From Anaerolineaceae bacterium (GTDB lineage: Bacteria > Chloroflexota > Anaerolineae > Anaerolineales > Anaerolineaceae), in the NCBI GenBank assembly GCA_039683035.1, contig JBDKSE010000020.1, positions 165,158-229,157 of the forward strand: a DNA stretch of 64,000 nt. The letters run 5' to 3'. A program made the position numbers and the translations under genes. Shown here in pieces: positions 18,551-28,500 of this stretch (positions are counted from its first letter, which is position 1; the number at the start of each line of letters is the position of its first letter). Under the pieces are notes generated by a model. The model had not been told where the DNA came from and made no database searches. It worked only from the letters and a program-made list of their open reading frames with translations.

Positions 18551-19072
18551 TTATCCTTTTTTCGATCTGCGCTCAGCCAACGCTTGTTGAGCTTTCTTGA
18601 TATTCGCGAGCCGGGCTTTGACTTGAGCTTCAGTGGGCTTGCTTTTTTCGGGGACATTCGGTCGGTCTTTGGCTTCGAAAACATCACCCAGTATGTGGCT
18701 GGGAACCGAACCCAGCGATTCAATCAGGTTGCGGGCATCTTCAGTATCTGCAACCAGATTATTCCCTTCAATGTGGGCATCCGTCTTGGCAATCAGCCAG
18801 GCCTGGGTATCCCACGATCCGCTGCTGCGTTTGCCTGCCAGCCGCAGGATATGCCCCGGTTCGCCGACATCCTGGTAGCGAAAGGTGACGAAATCATATT
18901 TCGCCCGCACATCGATGCGGAAGTAATCCCCTTCGCCTGTGGTACCAGGCTTGGCGCGTTTTCTACCCTCTGGCTGGGCTTTTGCCCTTTCCCTGGGGGT
19001 CATCTCCTGCCACTTTTGCTGCGCCTTTTTGATGTTTTCTTTTGCTGCTGCCTTTTGCTTGTCTGTCGCCAT
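18551..19072 (-). CDS. Conserved hypothetical lysine-rich protein with the NIKKAQQ motif duplicated at both termini
   Basis: I chose the start at MATDKQK (ATG 19072). N-terminal AKENIKKAQQKW and C-terminal LANIKKAQQAL flank a globular core (GEGDYFRIDVR...). Confidence 0.55.
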   Translation of the reverse strand: MATDKQKAAAKENIKKAQQKWQEMTPRERAKAQPEGRKRAKPGTTGEGDYFRIDVRAKYDFVTFRYQDVGEPGHILRLAGKRSSGSWDTQAWLIAKTDAHIEGNNLVADTEDARNLIESLGSVPSHILGDVFEAKDRPNVPEKSKPTEAQVKARLANIKKAQQALAERRSKKG

Positions 19073-19426
19073 CTTGTTTATCTCCTCTGCCTGTGATTCT
19101 CCTTGTGGAGATGAATTGGATCGAATTTTCTGGGCAAAGACCAATAATCAGGACGTTCTTTCAGACGTATCTACTTTTAGTGTACAGCAAAAGGAGTGTC
19201 AAAGTACAGCATGTTTTTTCGGTTCAGATCGAATTCGACAGCCTTTATCTATTCTTGAATGGTACTCCCCTGAAAGCGCAGGATTGCCTGCCGGGGGTGA
19301 ATGATTCGCAATTCATTGGCGGACCTTTTTCCAATCTACATAGACCTTTCATTGCACCTTCACAAGTTCTTCATATCCGGCGGTTAACATCGTATGCGTA
19401 ACAAAAAACAGTTCAAGGAGTAAAAA

Positions 19427-19924
19427 ATGAAAAAGATTGTGGTTTTGTTAGTGGTTGTTGCTGTTTTAGCCCTGGCTTTCACTCCGGCGAATTCGGTGTT
19501 TGCCAATTCGGGCAACGGTAATGGATTTGGCGGCAACGGGGCAGGATTGGCTGGACAGACCGGCTCGACCACCCCGATCAATGGAACCCTTCATGATTAC
19601 GTTATTGCCGCATACGCAGAAGCCCTGAACCTCTCCATCGATGAAATTGAAACCCGGCTGGCCAGCGGCGAAACTCTTTCGTCAATTGCCCTGTCGACCG
19701 GTTTGACAATCGATGAATTCAGAACCCTGGTTGCAGACGCGCGAACCTCAGCGCTTGCCGCTGCGGTGTCCGATGGTGTGATCACCCAGGCTCAGGCAGA
19801 TTGGATGACTTCACATATGGGCGGCGCCAATGCCCGCAGAATGGGTACCTCCAGTCAGTTTGGTGGTTTTGGTGGTGGAATGAGAAACTCGGCCCAGTGC
19901 CCCTATTATCAAACCGCCCAATAA
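19427..19924 (+). CDS. Small secreted protein, DUF2680-like
   Basis: RBS AAGGAG. Signal peptide MKKIVVLLVVVAVLALAFTPANSVFA. Gly-rich stretches and the block GVITQAQADWMTSHM. Confidence 0.55.
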   Translation: MKKIVVLLVVVAVLALAFTPANSVFANSGNGNGFGGNGAGLAGQTGSTTPINGTLHDYVIAAYAEALNLSIDEIETRLASGETLSSIALSTGLTIDEFRTLVADARTSALAAAVSDGVITQAQADWMTSHMGGANARRMGTSSQFGGFGGGMRNSAQCPYYQTAQ

Positions 19925-19944
19925 CTGATCCAGATATTGCAATG

Positions 19945-19970
19945 AAAGGCACCCTTCGTGGTGCCTTTTC
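19945..19970 (+). terminator. Intrinsic terminator
   Basis: AAAGGCACC-CTTCGT-GGTGCCTTT followed by TC. Confidence 0.6.
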
Positions 19971-20123
19971 AGCTTGTGAGAATCCAGGGTGTAAAGGGTT
20001 GGGGTCACCTAATTGCTGATGATACATCCAATTAATGAAGAAAAAATCCGGATGCAATTGATTGAATGTTGCTTTCGACGCCATTTACAGATATCCTGAA
20101 ATCACATTGAAAAAGCAGGTGTC

Positions 20124-20819
20124 ATGACGAAAAAGATCCTTGTGGTGGATGATGAACCGCAGATTGTGAAGGTACTGCAGCTTTACCTGGATCAGGCAGG
20201 GTTCCAGGTGGCGACTGCGATGGACGGCGACGAAGCGCTGGCGGTTTTTCGTCGGGAAAAGCCCGACTTCATCATTCTTGACCTCAACCTTCCGGGAATG
20301 GATGGACTGGATGTGTGCAAAGCCATCCGCAAGGATTCGAACGTTCCCATCCTGATGCTTACTGCACGCGTCGAAGAGGCAGACCGCCTGGTGGGACTGG
20401 AGCTTGGTGCCGATGATTACGTGGTCAAACCCTTCAGCCCGCGTGAGGTGGTGGCTCGTGTGCGCACCATTTTCCGCCGCTCTGAAGCTTCTCCTGTGGA
20501 GGGGGAAGTCGTGAGAGTCGGAGATCTGGAGATTGATCTTGGTTCGCACACGGTGCTTGAAGCAGGAAGTGCGATCGATCTGACGCCCACTGAATTCAAC
20601 ATTTTGATCACTCTCGCGCGAAACCCCCGAAGGGTTTTCTCGCGGCTTCAAATCATGGAACAATCGCAGGGCGATGCATATGAGGGATACGAGCGGACCA
20701 TCGATGCCCATATCAAGAACCTGAGGATGAAACTGGAACCCGATCCCCGCAAACCCAAATATATCCAAACTGTTTTTGGCGTGGGGTACAAGCTGGAAGT
20801 GGCGGGCGATGAAAAATAG
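20124..20819 (+). CDS. OmpR-family response regulator (canonical receiver)
   Basis: ILVVDDE, ILDLNLPGMDG, LMLTA and VKPF receiver motifs, plus a winged-helix C-terminus (IQTVFGVGYKL). Confidence 0.9.
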   Translation: MTKKILVVDDEPQIVKVLQLYLDQAGFQVATAMDGDEALAVFRREKPDFIILDLNLPGMDGLDVCKAIRKDSNVPILMLTARVEEADRLVGLELGADDYVVKPFSPREVVARVRTIFRRSEASPVEGEVVRVGDLEIDLGSHTVLEAGSAIDLTPTEFNILITLARNPRRVFSRLQIMEQSQGDAYEGYERTIDAHIKNLRMKLEPDPRKPKYIQTVFGVGYKLEVAGDEK

Positions 20820-22263
20820 TCTGCTCTTCAAATTGCTCGGTGCGTTTCTAATTGTCATCGCCATGGGCGCACTGGTAATGACATGGCTCACCAGCCGTGC
20901 CACGGAAAAGGCTTTTTCCCTGTATACCACCCGTAACGGGCAATATTGGGCTGAAATCCTTTCACCTTCGCTTGCTGACTTCTATCTCAATAAGAACAGT
21001 TGGCAGGGGGTGGCAGCTTACCTTCAAACATTTTCCGGCGTGAATATGAACATGGGCGCCGGGGGGATGATGGGACAGGGCAGGGGGTTTGGAAAAGGCT
21101 CGACAAACGGGAACGCGGTCATGTCGATGTCCGGCCAAAGGTTGATCCTGGCAGATGCCGCAGGAACAGTCATTGCCGATACCGGGGGAAGCCTGATTGG
21201 AAATCTGCTTGAGCCGGGGACGCTTTCGAGTGGCGCGCCGATTCTCGCCAATGGAGAGCAGGTGGGCACCCTCGTTGTCACCCCCGACACACTCGTGGCA
21301 GGCACCCCCGCCAGTGACTTCTTAACTTCCGTGAACAAGGCGATCATGAGTTCGGCAGGAATTGCTGCCGTTCTTGCCTTGATCATCGGGGCACTGCTTT
21401 TCTTGCAGATCATTTCTCCGGTGAGAAAGCTGAACCAGGCGGCTGCTGCCATTACCGCGGGTGACTTGGATCAGCGTGTGAGCATAAAGAGTCAGGATGA
21501 ACTGGGCGATCTCGGCAGCTCATTCAACCGCATGGCGGAAAGCCTTTCGAAGGCGGAAGATCAGCGAAAGAACATGATCGCCGACGTGGCTCATGAGCTG
21601 CGAACCCCCCTGGCAGCAATGCAGGGAACTCTCGAGGGAATCCAGGACGGTTTGATGCCTTTCGACCGGGAGCAGGTCGATTCACTGCTGGCTGAAACCA
21701 CCCTCCTTACGCGCATGGTTGGCGATTTGAGGTTGTTATCGCTGGCTGATGCGGGTGAACTTGTGCTTGAAAAACGCATGACATCCCCCGGCAGTCTGTT
21801 TGAGTCAATCGTCGAGCGCGCCGGGTCTCTTGCCCAGGTCAAAGGAATTAGCCTCAACCTATCTCTTCAACCTGATTTGCCCTCCATTTGGGTCGATCCC
21901 GACCGCATCACCCAACTGGTGAACAATCTGATCACCAATGCGTTGCGTTACACCCCCAGGAACGGCGAGATCAGGCTCAACGTGGCACACGCCGAAGGCG
22001 ATTCCTCTCTTCAGGTTTCTATCACCGATACCGGGCGCGGGATCGATGCCAGGGATCTGCCCTATGTCTTTGACCGGTTCTATCGGGCTGAAAAGTCACG
22101 CTCGCGGTCAAGCGGCGGCTCAGGCCTGGGTCTGGCCATTGTCAGGCAACTCGTCGAAGCGCACGGGGGAAAAGTGACAGCCGAAAGTCCCGTCTTCACC
22201 AGAGAAGACGGAACACGCTATGGAACAAGGATCAGCTTTTCGTTGCCATTGGGCGGAAATTAA
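20809..22263 (+). CDS. HAMP-domain sensor histidine kinase
   Basis: ATG 20809 overlaps the regulator stop. Two TM segments, HAMP, H-box ADVAHELRTPL, N-box NLITNALRYT and G-boxes DTGRGI / GGSGLGLAI. Confidence 0.9.
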   Translation: MKNSLLFKLLGAFLIVIAMGALVMTWLTSRATEKAFSLYTTRNGQYWAEILSPSLADFYLNKNSWQGVAAYLQTFSGVNMNMGAGGMMGQGRGFGKGSTNGNAVMSMSGQRLILADAAGTVIADTGGSLIGNLLEPGTLSSGAPILANGEQVGTLVVTPDTLVAGTPASDFLTSVNKAIMSSAGIAAVLALIIGALLFLQIISPVRKLNQAAAAITAGDLDQRVSIKSQDELGDLGSSFNRMAESLSKAEDQRKNMIADVAHELRTPLAAMQGTLEGIQDGLMPFDREQVDSLLAETTLLTRMVGDLRLLSLADAGELVLEKRMTSPGSLFESIVERAGSLAQVKGISLNLSLQPDLPSIWVDPDRITQLVNNLITNALRYTPRNGEIRLNVAHAEGDSSLQVSITDTGRGIDARDLPYVFDRFYRAEKSRSRSSGGSGLGLAIVRQLVEAHGGKVTAESPVFTREDGTRYGTRISFSLPLGGN

Positions 22264-22300
22264 CCGCCTTCATATCGAAATCCGTAACAAACTTTGATCA

Positions 22301-22334
22301 ACCCCGCATCTTTCTCAGACATGCAGGGTTTTTG
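22301..22334 (+). terminator. Probable intrinsic terminator separating the two-component genes from the PKS
   Basis: ACCCCGCAT...ATGCAGGGT (9 bp, one mismatch) followed by TTTTT. Confidence 0.4.
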
Positions 22335-22511
22335 CATCATATGAACGATTTCCATTTTGACCATTTCGTTACTTGATGTTACTGGAAACCTTATTGGTAA
22401 ACGTGTAATCCCGCCCTGAAAGAATTGAATAGCTGCACACATCCCGGGAGGATAATTGCGCCTCACCGGAGGGTATTTCTATTTCTGAAACAGACACGGA
22501 GGTTCTTTGAA

Positions 22512-25500
22512 ATGAAGAATGGGAAAATGATTGCGATCGTTGGCATGGGCGCCCTGCTGCCCGATGCTTTTGATGTTCCTTCATTCTGGAACAATGTCGT
22601 CAATGCGAGATACTCGGTGACAGAGGTCCCGGCTGATCGTTGGAACACGGACCTGTATTATGACCCCGATCATTCCGCAGTGGACAAGACTTATTCGAAG
22701 ATTGGCGCTTTTGTACGCGGCTACCAGTTTGATCCTCTGAAGAACGGTTTGATCATTCCTCCAAAGCTGCTTTCAGCGATGGATTTTACCCAGCAATGGG
22801 CGATCGCGGTGAGCCAGCAGGCGCTCAAGGATTACGGCTACCCTGAGCGCAAGCTCAACCCTGAACGGGTGGCGGTGATATTCGGCAACGCCAATGCCGG
22901 TGAATACCACTACCGTTCCACGTTCAGAATTCTCCTGCCGGAATACATCCAGGCATTGAAAGCCATCCCCGATTTTGAAAATCTTCCCGAACCGGTCAGG
23001 GAAGGGTTGATCAAGGGCTTCACCGAAAACATCCGCGCCAAGTCCCCTGCCATCAGCGAAGATACAATGCCGGGCGAGCTCTCGAACATCATCGCCGGGC
23101 GCGTTGCAAACATATTCAATTTCACCGGCCCCAATTTTGTCACCGACGCAGCCTGTGCCTCCTCGCTGGCAGCCATTCAAGCCGCCTGCCAGGGGTTGCT
23201 CGAGGAGAAATTCGATGCTGTGCTTACCGGCGGCATTGACAGGCATATGGGACCCGAGTCCTATATCAAATTCTGCAAAATTGGCGCGCTCAGCGCCGAC
23301 GGCAGCCGGCCGTATTCCGACGGGGCAAACGGCTTTGTGATGGGCGAAGGCGCCGTGGTCTTCCTGATGAAACGCCTGGAAGATGCCGAACGCGATGCTG
23401 ACCGGATCTACGCGGTCATCCGCGGCATCGGAGGAAGTTCCGATGGCAAAGGCAAGGGGATCACCGCGCCCAATCCGGCTGGTCAGCAACTGGCGATTTC
23501 ACGCGCCTGGCAGGATGCGCAGGTGGCTCCGCAGCAGGTTGGACTGGTGGAGGGGCACGGTACGTCCACCAAAGTGGGTGATGTGGCAGAGGTTGCCAGC
23601 CTGGATGCGATTTTTGGCCCGCTGGGTCTCAAGAACTCAAGCGTGGTGCTGGGTTCCATCAAGTCGAACATCGGGCACCTGAAAGGTGCTGCTGGTGCTG
23701 CCGGCTTGCTCAAGACGGTACTCGCCCTGCACCATCAAACCCTTCCCCCCACCGTCAATTTTGAGCGGCCGAATCCAAACATTGATTTTGCCCACCTGCC
23801 CTTCCGGGTGATCAATGCTGCCCAGGAGTGGCAGGTCAAAGAAGACGGGCACCGCATCGCCGGGGTGAGCGCCTTCGGCTTTGGCGGTACCAATTTCCAC
23901 GTGGTCATGGAAGAGTATTTCCCCGGTATCTCAGGCGATGAAACCGCTTCCCATACCGTGCCGGCGAAGATCGAAACAATGAGCCAGGCATCAATATCGC
24001 AGCCGTCTCCGCTCCCCCAGTCGACAGCACAAAGTCGCGAGGTTTCCGGTGTGGACGTAGACGCCGTCAGGGAATTCGTTCTTTCTGTGGTGGCTGAAAA
24101 AACCGGTTATCCCGTTGAAATGCTCGAGCTGGATCTGGATCTGGAAGCCGACCTGGGCATCGATACGGTCAAGCAGGCGGAGCTTTTCGCCACTGTCCGC
24201 ACTCACTACGATATTCCGCGGCGCGAGGACCTGAAACTCTCGGATTACAACACGCTGGCCAAGGTGGTGGGCTTTGTCACCGACGCACATGGCAGCGGGA
24301 AAACTGACGCAACCGTGAATGTGCAGGTCGAAAACGCAACCGCTGAACCTCCCTCGACTTTACCTGCGGCTTCACCCGCAATGACCGACGCTGTGCCGGA
24401 CGAACCGCTCAAGCCCTACCAGGGTTTGTTCTTCGCCTCGGCATCAGACATTCAGGCATTGCAGGCAATGGTGCAGCATCAGATTGCCGTCTTGAAATCA
24501 GGCGGCACCTATGAATCGCATTGTCCGTCCGGGCAGGAATTGGCCGGGCGTGAAAGGATCGCCATTGACTATGCCGCTGACGACGAACTGGTCAAGCGGC
24601 TGGAAAAGACACTCGAGGCGTTCAAGAACGATACTCCCAGCACCTGGAAAGCCATGCAGGCGCACGGCGTTTATCGCGGAAGCGGCAAGCCCGGCAAAGT
24701 GGCGTTCCTGTTCCCCGGGCAGGGCTCCCAGTATGTGAATATGCTGTTGGATCTGCGCGACACGGAACCCCTCGTCCGCGATACCTTTGACGAAGCAGAC
24801 AGGATCATGACCCCGATACTGGGGCGGCCGTTGACAAGCTTCATTTACACCAATGGAACCGATGAAGAACTCAAAAAAGCAGAACAGGAGCTGAAGAATA
24901 CTGCCATCACCCAGCCGGCTATGTTGACTGCCAATGTGGCAGTGATGCGTGTGCTCAACAAATACGGCGTGCATCCTGACATGGTGATCGGCCACAGCCT
25001 GGGAGAATATGCCGCGCTGGTTGCCGCAGGCGTGCTCAGCTTCGCCGAGGCGCTGGAAGTGGTCAGCGCCCGCGGGCGGGAGATGAGCAAGATCAAAGTG
25101 GAGGATCCGGGCTGCATGGCAGCCGTCTCGGCGCCGCTGGAAAAGGTACAGGAGATCATCCAATCCATTGACGGTTATGTGGTGATCGCCAATATCAACA
25201 GCCCTCTGCAATCCGTCCTGGGCGGCTCGACAGAAGCGATTGACAGGGCGATCGCTCTGTTCACTGAGGCGGGTTTCCAGGCGTCCAAAATCCCGGTCTC
25301 GCACGCTTTCCATACCAAAATCGTTGCACCCGCCAGTGAGCCGCTGCGTTCAGTCATCGCGCGCATGAACGTGCGGCGCCCGACTCTGCCGGTCGTCGCC
25401 AACGTCACCGGCGAACTCTACCCGGCGGACCGCGAAGCGATCCTGGACCTGTTGGCTGACCAGGTAGCTTCGCCGGTGCAGTTTGTCAAAGGCATGCAGA

Positions 25501-28500
25501 CCCTGTACCGTGAGGGTGTGCGGGTCTTCATCGAATCGGGTCCGAAGCGTGTTCTGAATGCATTAGCCCAGGACAACCTGAAGGACCTGACAGACGTGGC
25601 CATTATCGCCACGAATCACCCGCGCAAGGGAGGCAAGGCCAGCTTCAACGAAGCACTGTGTGGTATCTATGCTGCCGGAGTCCCTGCCACCAATGTGGCC
25701 AACGAATCCGCTCAGCTTGCAGAACCTGCCCGGGCAGATGAAGCTCATGCCCAACCGGGTTCATTCGACGGGACGCTCCCAATCACCGGCTCGGTGGTCA
25801 TCACAGGTGCAGGTCTTGGTTTGCCTGGGAAGAAGAACCATGTCTTCGATGATGACAACATCAATAAAATTCTTCGCGGTGAAATGCGGATTGAAGGCAT
25901 CGATGACAATTCGCGGCAGGCGATCCTGGAAAAGCACGTAACGCGTCTGGTTAAAAGCGACGCCGGAGCGGTCATGGAAGAGATTACCGACCTCGACAAG
26001 GTTGTCAAGCTCGCTGGTCAATCTGGTGAATTTGACCTGGCGGACGAGTTTGGGGTTCCAGAAGACAGAGTGGAAGCCCTGGACATATCTTCAAAGCTGG
26101 CGATTGCTGCAGGAATCGAAGCCTTGAGAGATGCAGGAATACCGCTGGTCATGTCCTATCGCAAAACCACAAAAGGCACGTGGCTTCCTGACCGATGGAA
26201 GCTGCCTGTATCGATGCGTGATGATACAGGGGTTATTTTCGGATCAGCTTTTCCGGGTTTGAACCGCATCGTTGAAGAATCTGACCGCTTCTACCAGGTG
26301 AAACTGCTTGAGCGGCAGCTCGAAGAGGTCAGATCATTGATGGAGGCCGTCAAGGCATCCGGGATATCTTCCGGAACCTCACTTCTTGAATATATGGAGT
26401 GCCATGCGGCAGATCTTGAAGCAAGGATTGGCGAGTCGGTCTACCAATTTGACCGCAGATATGTATTCCGTATTCTTGCGATGGGTCATTCGCAGTTTGC
26501 CGAATATATCGGCGCGCGTGGACCGAATACCCATGTCAACGCAGCCTGCGCGACGACTACGCACGCTTTATCAGTGGCGGAGGATTGGATCCGAACCGGA
26601 CGCTGCCGCCGTGTCGTGGTCATTTCGGGAGATGACGTAACGAAGGAAAATTCACTGGCGTGGATTGGCTCTGGCTTGTTTGCCAGCGGTGCTGCCACTA
26701 GTGAGGGAAACCTGCGTCTTGCTGCAATCCCCTTTGACAAACGGCGCAACGGCATGATCGTTGGTATGGGCGCTGCAGCTCTGGTGGTGGAGAGCGAGGA
26801 TGCAGCTCGGGAAAGGGGCGTGAGAGGAATTGGTGAAATCCTCTCCTCCGTCACCGCCAACAGCGCTTTTCATGGCACAAGGTTGGATGAATTGCATGTC
26901 AGCGAGATGATGGACCGACTTTTGCAAACTGCCGAAAGAAGGTTTGGAATCGACCGGCATGCCATTGCACACGAAACCGTCTTCATGTCGCACGAAACCT
27001 ACACACCGGCACGCGGCGGCAGTGCCAGCGCTGAAATTCATGCACTGCGCGCCTGCTTTGGCGAGCAGGCCAACCAGGTGATCATCGCCAATACCAAGGG
27101 CTTTACCGGGCACTCGATGGGGGTGGGCATTGAAGATGTGGTAGTCACCAAAGCCCTGGAAACCGGCATCGTTCCGCCCATTGCCCATATCCAGGACGGC
27201 TTTGAGCCGGATCCCGAACTGGGTGATCTGAACCTGTCAAAGGGCGGGGCTTATAACCCCCAATACTCTCTGCGGTTGGGCGCCGGCTTTGGATCACAAA
27301 TCGCCATGACCCTGGTACGCAGAATTCCGGGCGCCGGAGAGCGGATCGACCGCGAAAGGTACTCAAAGTGGCTGGCGAGCGTCAGCGGTCATGATCATGC
27401 GGAAACCGAGCGCGTCAACCGCACGCTGCGTATTAAAGATCAGGGTGTTCCGGCAAATGAGCCAGCGGCGTCCACCTGGCAATACGGGTATCTGCCCTCG
27501 CAATGGGCAATGTCTAGAATTACGGCATCTGAACCGAACCCCGTTGTGATGCCTGCCAGCGTACCCGTGCATTCCACGGAAGTTGAACCGAAGCCTTCTG
27601 AGACGCAAAGCATGCCGACCCCGGCAAGTTCGAGCCCGCAAAGCGAGGAGATCAAACGGCATGTGCTGGCAGAAGTCAGCGAGAAGACGGGTTATCCCGT
27701 CGAGATGCTGGATCTCGATCTGGACCTCGAAGCCGACCTGGGTATCGACACGGTCAAGCAGGCAGAGTTGTTTGCTGCCATTCGCACGCATTACGGTATT
27801 CCCCGCCGGGAGGACTTGATACTCGCCGATTACAACACGCTTTCCAGGGTGATCGGTTTTGTAGAGGAGAACCTGGGTGGTGCAGGGCAAGCCTTAATCG
27901 CTGAAGCAGCCCCTTCACCGATTGTCGCCCAGGATCAAGAGGTTGCTCCAACACCATCCGCCGAGACCGAGGCGATCAAAGCGCACGTGCTTTCCGTGGT
28001 CAGCGAGAAGACGGGTTATCCCACCGACATGCTGGATCTCGACCTTGATCTGGAAGCTGACCTGGGCATCGACACGGTCAAGCAGGCAGAGTTGTTTGCT
28101 GCCATCCGCACCCATTACGGCATTCCCCGCCGCGAAGATCTGATCCTTGCAGAGTACAACACACTGGCCAAAGTGATCGGCTTCGTGGAAGATGCTTTGG
28201 CTGCAACCAGCCAACAAGCCACTGACGCGGCAGACGGCACGGCAGCAGAGAACTCAGAAAAAGAGACTTCTGCAGCTGGTGAAGCAAGTGGGTCGTTGGC
28301 TTTCAGGGCCCCCGCACTGGTTTTGCTGCCCAAGACAGAACTCTGCCAGAAAACGGACGTGTTGCTTGCCAACCGGGAAGTGCTGATTGTCGCCAATTCA
28401 ACCAAGACAGGCAGCTCGCTTTCGAAAAAGCTGAAAGCTGCCAAAGCCAACCCTGTGATTGTGGATATTTCCACTGTGAAGGAAAAAGTGGAACAAATGG

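Noticed and set aside
20085-20930. 281-aa minus-strand ORF over the response-regulator gene
   Set aside because: It is antisense to a canonical OmpR-family regulator and has no motifs of its own.
22425-22511. N-terminal 29-codon extension of the PKS ORF in the track
   Set aside because: The ATG at 22512 has GGAGG at proper spacing and starts exactly at the conserved KS N-terminus (KMIAIVGMG). The extension has no RBS.
24165-28076. Thr-for-Ser in the carrier domains as a sequencing or assembly error
   Set aside because: The same ACG codon occurs in all three copies, including CP1, whose surrounding DNA is well diverged from CP2/CP3. An error would not recur independently.
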